Positions 18,337 through 29,181 are shown, numbered from the stretch's first letter. The stretch is DNA of 64,000 nt from Candidatus Multivoradales bacterium (GCA_965223855.1 CBDCXM010000008.1:160001-224000); one strand, 5' to 3'. Translations and numbers: made by a program. Notes: generated by a model from the letters alone, not told the origin.

Positions 18337-20700
18337 CTACTGGTCGGGAATCAGCCGGAAAGTAGACACCGCCTCCCCAGCCAGCAAGGCCGCCCCCTCT
18401 CCCGCAGCCCAGGCCGAGTACTGATCCGAGAAGTTCGGCGACATCAGATGCCCGCTCTGCCCCCCGGGCATCTGCAGCATGCCCAGCTCCTCCCGCCCCG
18501 GGCTCACCACCATCCGCATCGACGCGCCGTAGGACGCCGACTGAGCCCGCACCGATCCTGCCCACCCAGGCAGCGGATCGTCCGGCATGTTGAGGTAACG
18601 CGAGAGCAACGGCAGCGACCCCAGTGGATGGTGGATGGCGATCGGCCGCGCCTCGCCCCAGGTCGTCCCGAGACCGCCCGGCCTCGCCGCCAGGTGCGAT
18701 GCCACACGGGCGATCGTGAAGCCCAGGAACGAGTCCCAATCGTCGTACCCCGGCGGCACCAGGTGTGCCGGCCGCTCCTCGAGGATGCGCCGTACCGGCT
18801 CGTCGCCGAGTGCCCAGTCGTAGACGAAGTCGTCGTCGGCCGCCGCCGCCGGAGCGAGGACCGGAGCGAGGACTCCTTCGAGCAGCTCCTCGGCGAGGGT
18901 CGCCACGAGGACGAAGCCCGCCTCGCCGACGTCGGCGTGCCCGTTCCATCCTTCGACGATGCGGCGGAACTCGGCGACCTCGGCCGCGGCCTCCCTTGGG
19001 GCGATCGACGCCAGGACGAGCTCGCGCACGAAGTCGTGGTAGCGGCTGCGGGTATCGAGCTGGACCGCCTGGAGCCCCGCTTCGTCCCACCGTGGCCTCT
19101 CCTCGAGCCGCTCGCGAATCCGGTCGGCCCGCCCGGGGTGCATCCAGACATGGGTCACGGGAGGCTCGGCATGCGGCACCGTGCGCCCGTTGGCGGTGAA
19201 GAGCTTGCCATCCGCCGGTTCGACGACGCGCGGCCCTTCGCGCCACCCCTCCCAGGAAAGGTCACCGTCGGCCCACGACCGCGGGGTCTTGCCGTCCCAT
19301 CCGCGCCGCTGCGGCAGTGGCCCGTTGACGACCCAGCCGATGCGCCCGTCGGCCGCTGCCAGCATCCAGTTCTGCGACGGCCCGTGCCAGCCTCCGGCGA
19401 TCACCATCGCCTCCTCGAGGCCGTCCGCCTCGATCATGCGCATCAGGTCGAAGTCGATTCCGCCGGGCTCGTGCACCGGCGAGCGGATGACGAGCGGCCG
19501 CTCGAGCCAGTCGTGGCTCTCGACCGGACCCCAGCGTGTCCAGGCGACCTCGATCTGCTCGTCGTCGCCGCCGGCGACGGCGATCGTCTCGAGCCGCATC
19601 TCGAACGGCTCCCAGCCGTCGGCGGTGCGGTAGCGCGCGGGTCGTTCGGGATCCGGGTCGTCGGGATCGACCTCGACGACGACCGTGTCGGTCTGGTCGA
19701 AGAAGCTGTTGGTCGCCCCCCAAGCGACCGTGCCGTTCGAGCCGAGAATGACCCCCGGAAGCCCCGGTGAGCCGACTCCGACCGCGTGGTGGGAGCCGAA
19801 CTCGAACTCGACCCGATGCCAGATCGACGGCACCCGCAGGCTCAGATGGGGGTCGTTGGCGAGGATCGCGCCGCCGTGCACCGACCGGCCGGCCGCGACC
19901 GCCCAGTTGTTCGAACCGAGGGCCACGCCGAGCGGCCGCACCAGGTCGCGGACGGCATCCAGGTCGCCGGGAGCCGCCGCGCCGCTGAGATCGAGCACCT
20001 CCGGCCCGGGCACGGCCATCGGTCGGTACTCGCCGAGCCCGTCCTCGTCATGGATGAGCGGCGCGTCGAAGCGACTCGTGCTCGGCGTCAGGAAGTCGAA
20101 CCACTCGGCCGGCAGCGTCGCCTCCATCACGCCGAGCTGGCGCTCGAGACGATGGTTGAACGACAGCATGTCGAAGAACGCGATCGTCACCAGCATCGTG
20201 TCCTCCGGCAGCCACGGCTCCGGGCGCTGACGCAGCACCACGTACTCCCACGGATCGGCGCCGAGGTCCTCCAGCCCGGCGTTCACCCCGCCGGCGTAGG
20301 CCTCGAGGAGCGCCCGGTCCCGCGGGGCGAGCTCGTCGAGCAGCCGTCGAGCCGCCTGCCGCCGCTGGCGCCGCCGCCGGTCGCGGTCCGCTTCCAACGC
20401 CCGCGCGCCGAAGAGCGCCGAGAGTTCACCCGCCGTCGCACGACGCGAAAGGTCCATCTGGAAGAAGCGATCCTGTGCGTGGACGAAGCCCTGCGCCCGC
20501 ACGGCGTCCTCGAGCGTCGCGGCCGCGATCTTCGGGATCCCGAGCCGATCGCGACTCACCGTCACCGGCGCCTCGAGCCCGGAGATCCGCAGCTCACCCT
20601 CGGTGCGCGGCAGTGAAGCGCGGACTCGCCACCACAGCCAGCCGCCCAGGAGGAGGACCAACAGGACAGCGACCAGGGCCAGTCGCCCCAGCCACTTCAA
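18337..20700 (-). CDS. Penicillin acylase family (Ntn hydrolase) protein
   Basis: N-terminal TM, AQGFVHAQDRFFQMDLSRR, GSNNWAV nucleophile, ANDPHL, PGGQSGH. Confidence 0.93.
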   Translation of the reverse strand: MKWLGRLALVAVLLVLLLGGWLWWRVRASLPRTEGELRISGLEAPVTVSRDRLGIPKIAAATLEDAVRAQGFVHAQDRFFQMDLSRRATAGELSALFGARALEADRDRRRRQRRQAARRLLDELAPRDRALLEAYAGGVNAGLEDLGADPWEYVVLRQRPEPWLPEDTMLVTIAFFDMLSFNHRLERQLGVMEATLPAEWFDFLTPSTSRFDAPLIHDEDGLGEYRPMAVPGPEVLDLSGAAAPGDLDAVRDLVRPLGVALGSNNWAVAAGRSVHGGAILANDPHLSLRVPSIWHRVEFEFGSHHAVGVGSPGLPGVILGSNGTVAWGATNSFFDQTDTVVVEVDPDDPDPERPARYRTADGWEPFEMRLETIAVAGGDDEQIEVAWTRWGPVESHDWLERPLVIRSPVHEPGGIDFDLMRMIEADGLEEAMVIAGGWHGPSQNWMLAAADGRIGWVVNGPLPQRRGWDGKTPRSWADGDLSWEGWREGPRVVEPADGKLFTANGRTVPHAEPPVTHVWMHPGRADRIRERLEERPRWDEAGLQAVQLDTRSRYHDFVRELVLASIAPREAAAEVAEFRRIVEGWNGHADVGEAGFVLVATLAEELLEGVLAPVLAPAAAADDDFVYDWALGDEPVRRILEERPAHLVPPGYDDWDSFLGFTIARVASHLAARPGGLGTTWGEARPIAIHHPLGSLPLLSRYLNMPDDPLPGWAGSVRAQSASYGASMRMVVSPGREELGMLQMPGGQSGHLMSPNFSDQYSAWAAGEGAALLAGEAVSTFRLIPDQ

Positions 20701-20872
20701 GACGCTTCTCCACCGACAGCCGCCCGGTCCAACTCGCCGGTCGAGCCGGTGATCTGATCCCGTGGCGATCGGACGGTCGCCGTCATTCTCCTGACACCGC
20801 AGCGCATGCGGTCCCTCCTCGTCGGTCTCGGAGGCGGGATGCTAGCAGGGGGCAGGATGGTCGGCGCCGGCT

Positions 20873-21349
20873 CTACTCGAGGCGCGCGCCGTCGCCCCGG
20901 AGCTGGATCGTCCGGTACGGCCCGTCGCCCAGCTCGGCCGTCTCGGGATCGAACTCCTCGCCCCGCTCCTCGGCGAGATGGGCGAGCCAGGCGAGCTGCT
21001 CCTCGCGCGTGCGCTCGATCGCTTCGACGATCCCCTCGGCGGCCGCGATTCGGCCCGTGGAGTCCGCCGGAAAGACGATCACGTCGTCCTCGACCTTCAC
21101 CCGCAGGCTCGCCTCGTCGTCGCCGACCTGTGCCCAGCACCCCTTCATCGGGCAGACGTCGAGCACCCCGCCCTCGATCCGGACCCGCTTGCCGATCCAG
21201 GCGTCGGGGTCGGCGAGGATGGCGGCGATGGGGGTGGAGTCCTCGAGGGTGACCCCTTTGCCCAGAACCGACTGAGCCTCAGTTGGGGAGCCGATCGACG
21301 CAAGCAAGAGCGCAAAGAGAACCGGGACAACGGCAGGAGCACGGCGCAT
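20873..21349 (-). CDS. DUF4920-like exported OB-fold protein
   Basis: Signal peptide; GKRVRIEG.V.DVCPMKGCW, VKVEDDVIVFP. Confidence 0.75.
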   Translation of the reverse strand: MRRAPAVVPVLFALLLASIGSPTEAQSVLGKGVTLEDSTPIAAILADPDAWIGKRVRIEGGVLDVCPMKGCWAQVGDDEASLRVKVEDDVIVFPADSTGRIAAAEGIVEAIERTREEQLAWLAHLAEERGEEFDPETAELGDGPYRTIQLRGDGARLE

Positions 21350-21358
21350 CCCCGAATC

Positions 21359-23248
21359 TTACTCAATCGTTCCTTTGGGTGTGGGCAGGGGGATTCTCGG
21401 AGGAGGGGGAAAGCACCTGGTGGAGATCGTGATCGGTTCGTTCGGCCACCGCTCCCACCGTTCCGCATGGTTCAGGAGCCACCTCGAAGCGGAGCCGTAG
21501 TTGAGCGTCAGGCCTTCGTCGCCTCCTGGCGAAACCAGGGCGAACGGGATCATCAGCACCTCGTAGTCGGCAAGAATCTCCGGGCGCGCCAGCGCCTCTT
21601 CGAAGCTGAGTAGGTGCAGCGGCGCGGCCGGCTCAAGGCAGCTCAGAAGATCGGCCGAGCCGACGAAGGCCACGTCGTCGCCCTTCGCGTCAGCCCACGT
21701 CTCCAGCGCCGCCGCGATCAGCCGGTCTCGATCCCCACATCGAGTTGACGCGGCGATTCGTGGCGCCGGGTCGCGATCGTCGGGAACCCCGTCGCCGTCG
21801 GTGTCCACGGCCATCGGATTCATTGCCCAGGCCAGCTCGAGGCCGTCCGAGATCCCGTCCCCGTCTGAATCGGCCCGCCACAGCGGCCCCTCGTTGCCGG
21901 ACCATGGCTCTACGTACGGTACTTCGTGGATCGACCGCAATCGCGCTGCCACCTCCAGGTATCGCGCTTCGACTTCGCCCCCGATTGCCACCGCCGCGCG
22001 GAGGTTCTCGCGATCGCGGACCCATTCGGCCACTCTGAGCGAGGCCATTCGCCTCCAGCCGGCCTCGATCTCCTCCAACCCCCACCCTTCCAATAGACGT
22101 CCCACTCCCTGAGCCGCCGTGAGGGGACCAGGCAGATTCGAGCCGTAGCTCATCAGAAACTCCCAACCCCGCTCTGGCAGCCCCTCGACGCCCGCTCTCA
22201 ACCAGCGCCAGGCGGTTCGGTCCCTGTCGGCCCGGTGGCCTGTGTGCGACCAGGTTACGCAACCGTCATCGAGGTCTTCGCACGCCACCAACCGCGTCTC
22301 GGAGGCCCACCGCCGCATCTCCGGCTCGCGCCCGAGGTCGAGGCTTGCTAGAGCGAGCATGGTCCTCAGATCCAGACCGACGTCGAAGTTGAACATCGAA
22401 GAAAGCGCCGCCAGCTCGGTCGGGAGCTTCGCGGAACCACCCAACACCGCACGGCGGAGCTCGGGACCGAGATCGTCGAACGCGTCCATGAGCTGTTGCG
22501 AAAGACCCAGCTCGGCCAGCGTGAAGAGTTTCAACCGTTCGACACGGGCCTGCGTCGAGATAGGGAATCCGAGTCGACGAACCTCTCGACCCACCCCTTC
22601 GTAGACGGCAAGCCGCAGAATCGGTGGCTTGTCGACGGCCTCGACCAGCACCGCCAACCGGTGCTCGGGGAACTCGATCAGGCGGCCCGCGAGCGCTGTC
22701 CAAAGGGTCGAGAACCTCCAAGAGTTCTCGAGCCAGCTCCGTCCCACGTGACCGCCTGGATCGATCTCGAAAAGGGCATCGACCAGTTCTTCGAGCAGCC
22801 CGCCGTCCCCGAAACTCGGAGCCGACAGAATCTCTTCGATGCTGCGAACGACGGCGAAGCTTGTCGGGCCGTCGTCGAGTAAGAAGACGAGGTCGATAAG
22901 ACCATCGCCGACGAAGTCCACCTCGCCCGGAGGAACCGGTTCACCGCGGAGCCGCCAGAGTTCCCTACAGGCAGCGAGACTGGTGAGCAGAGATCCATGC
23001 TCGGGATCGAGGCCGAGTTTCTCCGCGACCAGATCGACGGCCTCCGCGTGGGCCAACTCTCCCTGCTCATGCGAGAGCGGCATCAGCGCAGTCACCCCTA
23101 GTTCGAGAAGGTCGCTCCCGTCCTCGAAGCTCTCTTCGACGGCCTGTCGGGCCTGCCGCTGCAACAGCTCGTCCAGACAATCCGCAGGGACAGCGCCGGA
23201 CGCCACCAACGAGACCGACAGCAGGACTCCTGAGACACGCCCGAGCAC
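21359..23248 (-). CDS. Hypothetical (probably exported) protein with bacterial TSP3-like Ca-binding repeats
   Basis: DSDGDGISDGLE...NPMAVDTDGDGVPDDRDPAP; GTG 23248 after GGAGAGG; rest unrecognised. Confidence 0.55.
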   Translation of the reverse strand: MLGRVSGVLLSVSLVASGAVPADCLDELLQRQARQAVEESFEDGSDLLELGVTALMPLSHEQGELAHAEAVDLVAEKLGLDPEHGSLLTSLAACRELWRLRGEPVPPGEVDFVGDGLIDLVFLLDDGPTSFAVVRSIEEILSAPSFGDGGLLEELVDALFEIDPGGHVGRSWLENSWRFSTLWTALAGRLIEFPEHRLAVLVEAVDKPPILRLAVYEGVGREVRRLGFPISTQARVERLKLFTLAELGLSQQLMDAFDDLGPELRRAVLGGSAKLPTELAALSSMFNFDVGLDLRTMLALASLDLGREPEMRRWASETRLVACEDLDDGCVTWSHTGHRADRDRTAWRWLRAGVEGLPERGWEFLMSYGSNLPGPLTAAQGVGRLLEGWGLEEIEAGWRRMASLRVAEWVRDRENLRAAVAIGGEVEARYLEVAARLRSIHEVPYVEPWSGNEGPLWRADSDGDGISDGLELAWAMNPMAVDTDGDGVPDDRDPAPRIAASTRCGDRDRLIAAALETWADAKGDDVAFVGSADLLSCLEPAAPLHLLSFEEALARPEILADYEVLMIPFALVSPGGDEGLTLNYGSASRWLLNHAERWERWPNEPITISTRCFPPPPRIPLPTPKGTIE

Positions 23249-23322
23249 CCCCTCTCCAACGAAGCCCACCACGCAGCCATTCCGCTTCGAACTCCCGGCG
23301 TCCCTCCTCGCGAGCGAGGCCG

Positions 23323-24717
23323 TCAGTCCGCGACCGAATGCCGGTAGTAACGCAACAACGGGACTTCCGCCTTCTCCACCCGCACCAGGCCGTCGTCCCG
23401 CACCACCGCCCCGCGCAGCAGCAGCATCCGCAGCCCCACCTCCACGGCGTAGTCGCGGTCGGCGCGCGGCACGTAGACGCGCGAGCCCGCCGCCTCGAGT
23501 TCGCGGAAGCGCTTCTGGACGGCGGCCTTGAGTTCGAGGTCGCTCCAGACGCGGTCGGGGTCGTCGGTCAGCACGGCAGCGACGACCGCCACCGGAAGAG
23601 CCGGGACGATCGAGCCGACGCGGCCCATCAGCTCCTGCGCGAGATCGCTCATCGCGACGAAGCGTCGCTCCCGGTCGAGGCGCCGCGGATCTTCTCCTCG
23701 CTCGGTGAAGAACGATGTCGCCGACAGCGGCAGCCCGAAGTTCACGCACGCGTAGCCGAAGCGGTACCAGTCTCCGCGGAGCCACAGCCACCACTGGCGC
23801 CCCCAGAATGCCGCCGTCCTGCCGAGGGCCGCGACGCCGGAGACTTTCTTCGCCTCGTCCCCCAAGAGCAGAGTCCGGTCCTCGAGCACCCGGTCGTAGT
23901 TGAGGCCGACGGGGACGAAGACGACGTCGGCGTCGTCCTCAGGGTCGAAGCCGCGGAGCATGTAGTCGAAGAGGCCGAGCTTCGGCTCGCCGAGGCGGCC
24001 GTCGCGCGAGAGGCCCCCCTCCGGGTAGACCGCCTGCGTCACCCCTTCGCGAGTCGCGATGTGGACGTAGCGCGCCAGCACCGCCCGGTAGAGCGCGTTG
24101 CGCGACTTGCGGCGGACGAAGAAGGCGCCCATCGAGCGCACCAGCTGGTCGAGCGGCCAGATGCGCGCCCACTCGCCGACCGCGTAGGAGAGCGCGGTGC
24201 GCTCCATCGCCAGGTAGGAGACGAGCACGTAGTCCATGTTGCTGCGGTGGTTCATGACGAACACCACCGAGGCGTCCGGTGGAATCGCCGCCAGCGCCTC
24301 TTCGTCGACCGAGCCGAGGCGCACCCGGTAGAGCGATCGCGCGACCCGGCGTGCCAGCGCATACCCCCACCGGAAGTAGGCCCAGGCGTTGAAGCTCGGC
24401 ACGATCTCGCGGGCGTAGCGCTCGACCTTCTCCTGCGCCACTTCGCGCGGCATCTGCTCGGCAGCGGCGAAGGCGTCCGCCGCCTCCATCACCACCCGGT
24501 CGTAGACCAGCCGCTCGATCAGCGCCTGGCGCTTCGTGAACTTGAACGGTTGGAGGCGGATCTGGAGCCGCGGGTTGACCTCGTCGAGCGCCCGCTCGAT
24601 ACGGCGACGCAAAAACCAGCGCACGCTCGGCACCAGCAGCCGGCTCGCCAGCGCCCACACGGCCAGCAGGGCGGCGACGAGTGCCAGCCACACCGGGACT
24701 TCGATGGTGGAGGTCAT
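23323..24717 (-). CDS. Glycerol-3-phosphate/lysophospholipid acyltransferase (PlsB/PlsC family)
   Basis: NHRSNMD (HX4D), GAFFVRR, YPEGGLSRDG. Confidence 0.9.
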   Translation of the reverse strand: MTSTIEVPVWLALVAALLAVWALASRLLVPSVRWFLRRRIERALDEVNPRLQIRLQPFKFTKRQALIERLVYDRVVMEAADAFAAAEQMPREVAQEKVERYAREIVPSFNAWAYFRWGYALARRVARSLYRVRLGSVDEEALAAIPPDASVVFVMNHRSNMDYVLVSYLAMERTALSYAVGEWARIWPLDQLVRSMGAFFVRRKSRNALYRAVLARYVHIATREGVTQAVYPEGGLSRDGRLGEPKLGLFDYMLRGFDPEDDADVVFVPVGLNYDRVLEDRTLLLGDEAKKVSGVAALGRTAAFWGRQWWLWLRGDWYRFGYACVNFGLPLSATSFFTERGEDPRRLDRERRFVAMSDLAQELMGRVGSIVPALPVAVVAAVLTDDPDRVWSDLELKAAVQKRFRELEAAGSRVYVPRADRDYAVEVGLRMLLLRGAVVRDDGLVRVEKAEVPLLRYYRHSVAD

Positions 24718-24832
24718 CCGCCGCGAGGTTACGCCGCGGCCCTTCGGCCCGCAAACCGGCTTCGCCCGCGCAACCGACTTCGCTGCGCCGTTCGAAACGG
24801 AGTTAGAGTGCCAAAGCGATGAGAGGTGTGGG

Positions 24833-25978
24833 ATGAACAAGTGGATTTCGAGGCTGCTGATCGCCGCTGCGGCGATCGGCGTGCTGTGGTTGTTGCGGGC
24901 GACGGTTCTGAAGCCCGATCCGGTTCCGGTAACGGTGGTCGCGGTCGATCGCGGCCATGTCGAATCGACGGTCACCAACTCGCGGGCCGGCACCGTGCAG
25001 ACGCGCCGGCGCGCACGCCTTTCCCCCGAGGTCGGCGGCCAGGTGGTGGAGATCCCGTTCCGCGAAGGGGATCGCGTCGAGGCGGGAGCGGTCGTACTGC
25101 GGCTCGACGACGCGGCCCAGAGCGCGCGCCTCGAGCTCGCGCGCCGCGACGTCGCGGCAGCGCGAGCCGAACGGGAACGTGCTTGCGTCACCGCTGAGCG
25201 CGCCGGACGCGAGCTCGAGCGCAGCCGCGCGCTGGCCGAGGACGAGCTGCTGTCGACCGACATGCTCGATCAGATCGAGAGCGCCCGGCGAGCCGCCGAC
25301 GCCGCCTGTTCGGCGGCGAGCGCCGGTGAGGCGCGCGCGGGAGCCGCCGTCGAGGTCGCCCGCACCGACGTCGACAAGATGACGCTGCGCTCCCCCTTCA
25401 CCGGTGTGATCGCCGAGGTGTCGATCGAGGTCGGCGAGTGGACGACCCCTTCGCCACCCGCCATGCCGGTACCGCCGGTCATCGACGTCCTCGACCCGTC
25501 GGCGCTCTACATCAGCGCGCCGATGGACGAGGTCGACTCGCGCTCCATCCGCACCGGGCTGCCGGTGCGCATCACCATCGACTCCTACCGCGACCGCGCC
25601 TTCGAAGGCGTCGTCACCCGGGTCGCCCCCTACGTGCTCGACCTGCAGGAGCAGAACCGAACCGTCGAGATCGAGGTCGAGTTCACCGGCGACGCCGAGA
25701 CGAGCGAGATCCTGCCCGGCACCTCGGCCGACGTCGAGGTGATTCTCGAGGTCAAGGAGGACGCGGTGCGACTGCCGACCTCGGCGCTGATGGAGGGCAA
25801 TCGGGTGCTCGTCGTCGCCGACGGCGTGCTCACCGAGCACCCGATCGAGCCGGGGCTCAAGAACTGGGACTTCACAGAGGTGGTCTCGGGGCTCGCCGCC
25901 GGCGACGAAGTCGTCACCTCGCTCGACCGCGCGGAGGTGCAACCGGGCGCCGAGGCGACGGTGGTCGAAGAGCTGTGA
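24833..25978 (+). CDS. Efflux periplasmic adaptor subunit (MacA-like)
   Basis: N-terminal TM, lipoyl halves GQVVEIPFREGDRV and LRSPFTGVI, helical hairpin. Confidence 0.92.
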   Translation: MNKWISRLLIAAAAIGVLWLLRATVLKPDPVPVTVVAVDRGHVESTVTNSRAGTVQTRRRARLSPEVGGQVVEIPFREGDRVEAGAVVLRLDDAAQSARLELARRDVAAARAERERACVTAERAGRELERSRALAEDELLSTDMLDQIESARRAADAACSAASAGEARAGAAVEVARTDVDKMTLRSPFTGVIAEVSIEVGEWTTPSPPAMPVPPVIDVLDPSALYISAPMDEVDSRSIRTGLPVRITIDSYRDRAFEGVVTRVAPYVLDLQEQNRTVEIEVEFTGDAETSEILPGTSADVEVILEVKEDAVRLPTSALMEGNRVLVVADGVLTEHPIEPGLKNWDFTEVVSGLAAGDEVVTSLDRAEVQPGAEATVVEEL

Positions 25979-26736
25979 TCGAACTCGAAGGCGTGACGCG
26001 GACCTTCCGGGTCGGCTCACGCCCGGTGCACGCCCTCAAGGGCATCACCGAGACGATCGCCGAGGGCGAGCACGTCGCCATCATGGGCGCCTCCGGCTCG
26101 GGCAAGTCGACGCTGCTCAACATCGTCGGCTGCCTCGACCGCCCGACCTCCGGCCTCTATCGACTGGGAGGCCGCAGCGTCGGCGAGCTGAGCCAGGCCG
26201 AGCTGACCCAGGTGCGGCGGCACGACATCGGCTTCGTCTTCCAGTCGTTCCACCTCGTGCCGCGGCTGACGGCGGCGGAGAACGTCGAGCTGCCGATGAT
26301 CTTCGCCGACGTGCCGCGCAAGGAGCGCCGGCAGAAGGTCGAAGCGGCGCTCCACGCCGTCGGTCTCGCCGAGCGGATGACCCACCTGCCCGAGCAGCTC
26401 TCGGGCGGTGAGCGGCAGCGCGTCGCCCTCGCCCGCTCGACGATCATGAATCCGTCGATCCTGCTGGCCGACGAACCGACCGGTAACCTCGACAGCAAAT
26501 CAGGCCGCGACGTGCTCGAGCTCCTGCAACGCCGCAACGCCGACGGGCTGACGCTGGTGGTCGTCACCCACGACGCCAAGGTGGCGCAGCGGGCCGACCG
26601 CATCATCGTCCTGCTCGACGGCGAGGTCGTGAAAAGAGTCGAGGCCGGTCGGATCGCCGAGGTGATGGCGGTGCTCGCCGCCGCCGACGGCGAGGACGAG
26701 GGCGAGGGCGGGCACGAGGATGAGGGAGGCGACTGA
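25975..26736 (+). CDS. ABC transporter ATP-binding protein (LolD/MacB-type)
   Basis: GASGSGKST, LSGGERQRVALAR, LLADEPTGNLD, VTHD; GTG overlaps upstream TGA. Confidence 0.95.
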   Translation: MIELEGVTRTFRVGSRPVHALKGITETIAEGEHVAIMGASGSGKSTLLNIVGCLDRPTSGLYRLGGRSVGELSQAELTQVRRHDIGFVFQSFHLVPRLTAAENVELPMIFADVPRKERRQKVEAALHAVGLAERMTHLPEQLSGGERQRVALARSTIMNPSILLADEPTGNLDSKSGRDVLELLQRRNADGLTLVVVTHDAKVAQRADRIIVLLDGEVVKRVEAGRIAEVMAVLAAADGEDEGEGGHEDEGGD

Positions 26737-27935
26737 TGCGCATCCGGCAGACGCTGCGCTTCGCCCTCGGAGCGCTGACGGGGCACGGGCTCAGGACCGC
26801 GCTCAGTCTGCTGGGGGTGATGATCGGAGTCGCCGCGGTGATCGTGCTCACCGCCCTGACCGACGGCGCGCGGACCTACGTCGTCCAGCAGTTCTCGAGC
26901 CTCGGTACCAACCTGGTGATCGTCATGCCGGGCCGCACCGAGACGACCGGGGTGCCGGGGATCACCGCCATCCCCAACGACCTGACGGTCGCCGACGCCG
27001 AGGCGGTCGCGCAGCAGGTGCGGGCCGTGAAGCGCGCCGCGCCGGTCTCGATGGGCACCGAAGAGGTGGCTTACCGCGAGCGCCGTCGTCAGGTCGCGCT
27101 GATCGGCACCACCAACGACTACCTCCACGTGCGCCAGGTCGAGATGGCGCGGGGCGAGTTCCTCCCCCCCGGCGACGCCGAGCGCGGCGCGCCGGTCTGC
27201 GTGCTCGGCCACACGCTGGCGCGCGAACTGTTCCCGGCCGAGAACCCGCTCGGGCGTGTCGTCCGCGTCGGCGGCTGGCGGATGCGGGTGATCGGCGTCC
27301 TCGCCCACCAGGGAACCAAGCTCGGCATCAACATGGACGAGACGATCTACGTACCGGTCGCCACCGGCATGCAGATGCTCAACCGGTCGTCGCTCTTCCG
27401 CATCCTGATCGAGGCGCACGCCTACGCCGACCTCGAGGTCGCCCGCGACGGCGTGCTTGGGTTGCTGATCGAGCGCCATGGAGAGGAGGACGTCACCGTC
27501 CTGACCCAGGACGCCGTCGTTTCCACCTTCTCGGCGATCCTCAACACCCTCACCCTCGTGCTAGCGGCGATCGCCGCCATCTCGCTGTCGGTCGCCGGCA
27601 TCGGCATCATGAACGTCATGCTGGTGTCGGTCTCCGAGCGGACCAAGGAGATAGGGCTCCTGCGCGCACTCGGCGTCGGGACCTCGCAAGTGATGGCGGT
27701 CTTCCTCGCCGAGGCCGCGCTGCTCTCGGCGGCGGGTGCTCTCCTGGGGCTCGGGCTCGGATTCCTGCTCGTGCGGGTGATGGTCGGCATCTTCCCGGCG
27801 CTGCCGGCGGCACCGCCGCCGTGGGCGGTCGGGCTCTCGTTCGGCGTCGCGGTCGGAGTCGGCGTCCTCTTCGGGCTGCTACCCGCCAAGCGGGCGACGA
27901 AGCTCGACCCGGTCGCCGCACTGGCGGGGAGATAG
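26736..27935 (+). CDS. ABC transporter permease (MacB/FtsX family)
   Basis: LRTALSLLGVMIGVAAV, GIMNVMLVSVSERTKEIGL, LDPVAAL. Confidence 0.95.
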   Translation: MRIRQTLRFALGALTGHGLRTALSLLGVMIGVAAVIVLTALTDGARTYVVQQFSSLGTNLVIVMPGRTETTGVPGITAIPNDLTVADAEAVAQQVRAVKRAAPVSMGTEEVAYRERRRQVALIGTTNDYLHVRQVEMARGEFLPPGDAERGAPVCVLGHTLARELFPAENPLGRVVRVGGWRMRVIGVLAHQGTKLGINMDETIYVPVATGMQMLNRSSLFRILIEAHAYADLEVARDGVLGLLIERHGEEDVTVLTQDAVVSTFSAILNTLTLVLAAIAAISLSVAGIGIMNVMLVSVSERTKEIGLLRALGVGTSQVMAVFLAEAALLSAAGALLGLGLGFLLVRVMVGIFPALPAAPPPWAVGLSFGVAVGVGVLFGLLPAKRATKLDPVAALAGR

Positions 27936-27938
27936 GGC

Positions 27939-29135
27939 ATGTGGGAGCTGCTGAAGCTGTCGGTGCGATCGGTGGCGAGCCACCGGCTGCGCTCCGCCTT
28001 GTCGATGCTGGGCATCGCCATCGGCATCGCCTCCGTGATCCTCCTGACGTCCATCGGCGAGGGGACGCGGCGCTACCTGATGTCCCAGTTCACCCAGTTC
28101 GGCACCAACATCATCGTCGTCACCCCGGGCAAGGCCGAGACCGTCGGCGTGCCGGGGGCGCTCGGCGGCGCGACCCGCAAGCTGACGATCGACGACGCCG
28201 AGGCGCTGCGCCGGCTGCCGGGGATCGAGGACCTGATGCCGCTCGTCTACGGCACCGGCCGGGTCGAGGCCGAGGGGCGAGGGCGGAGCGTCCTCATCTA
28301 CGGCGCCACCCCCAACCTGCCCGACATCTTCAAGTGGAACGTCCGCACCGGGTCGTACTGGGCCGAGACCGATCCGCGACGGGCCGGGTCGCTCGCGGTG
28401 ATCGGCGCCAAGGTCAAGCGGGAGCTCTTCGACGGCGCCAACCCGCTGGGGGCGTTCATCAAGATCGGCGGCTCGCGCTACCGGATCTCCGGGGTGATGG
28501 AGCCCAAGGGTCAGTTTCTCGGCATCGACCTCGACGACGCCGTCTTCATCCCGCTCGCCTCGGCGATGAAGGTCTTCAACATCGACGAGCTCAACGAGAT
28601 CGACCTGATCTTCAACCAGGCCGGTCAGGCCAAGGTGATCGAAGAGCGCATCCGGGTGGCGATGATCGAACGCCACGGCGGCCGCGAAGACTTCACCGTC
28701 ACCTCGCAGACCGAGATGCTCAAGGTGTTCGGCAACATCATGGACATCATCACCGGCGCCGTCGGCGCCATCGCCGGTGTTTCGCTGGTCGTCGGCGCCA
28801 TCGGCATCCTCACCATGATGTGGATCGCCGTCGGCGAGCGCACCCAGGAGATCGGCCTCCAGCGCGCCATCGGTGCCACCCGCCGCCAGGTGCAGTGGGT
28901 CTTCCTGAGCGAAGCCGCCGCCCTCGCCCTCCTCGGCGGCCTCCTCGGCATCGGCGCCGGCCTCGGCATCTGCGCCGCCCTCAGAACCGCCATCCCCGGC
29001 CTTCCCGTCCACACGCCGATGGTGTTCCTCGTCGCCGCCGTAGCGGTGAGCCTCGTAACCGGAGTGGTTTCGGGAGTGCTTCCCGCGAGACGCGCTGCCG
29101 CTCTCGATCCCGTCGAGGCGCTGCGAGCCGAGTGA
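27939..29135 (+). CDS. ABC transporter permease (MacB/FtsX family)
   Basis: LRSALSMLGIAIGI, ERTQEIGL, PARRAAALDPVEALRAE. Confidence 0.95.
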   Translation: MWELLKLSVRSVASHRLRSALSMLGIAIGIASVILLTSIGEGTRRYLMSQFTQFGTNIIVVTPGKAETVGVPGALGGATRKLTIDDAEALRRLPGIEDLMPLVYGTGRVEAEGRGRSVLIYGATPNLPDIFKWNVRTGSYWAETDPRRAGSLAVIGAKVKRELFDGANPLGAFIKIGGSRYRISGVMEPKGQFLGIDLDDAVFIPLASAMKVFNIDELNEIDLIFNQAGQAKVIEERIRVAMIERHGGREDFTVTSQTEMLKVFGNIMDIITGAVGAIAGVSLVVGAIGILTMMWIAVGERTQEIGLQRAIGATRRQVQWVFLSEAAALALLGGLLGIGAGLGICAALRTAIPGLPVHTPMVFLVAAVAVSLVTGVVSGVLPARRAAALDPVEALRAE

Positions 29136-29181
29136 TCCGGCGCGACTCCGGCTCGAGCGGCACCAAGCCACTCCGACGGTA

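Noticed and set aside
24806-24814. GAGTGCCAA resembling a CIRCE right half-site
   Set aside because: No TT(A/G)GCACTC left arm 9 bp upstream and no chaperone gene adjacent.
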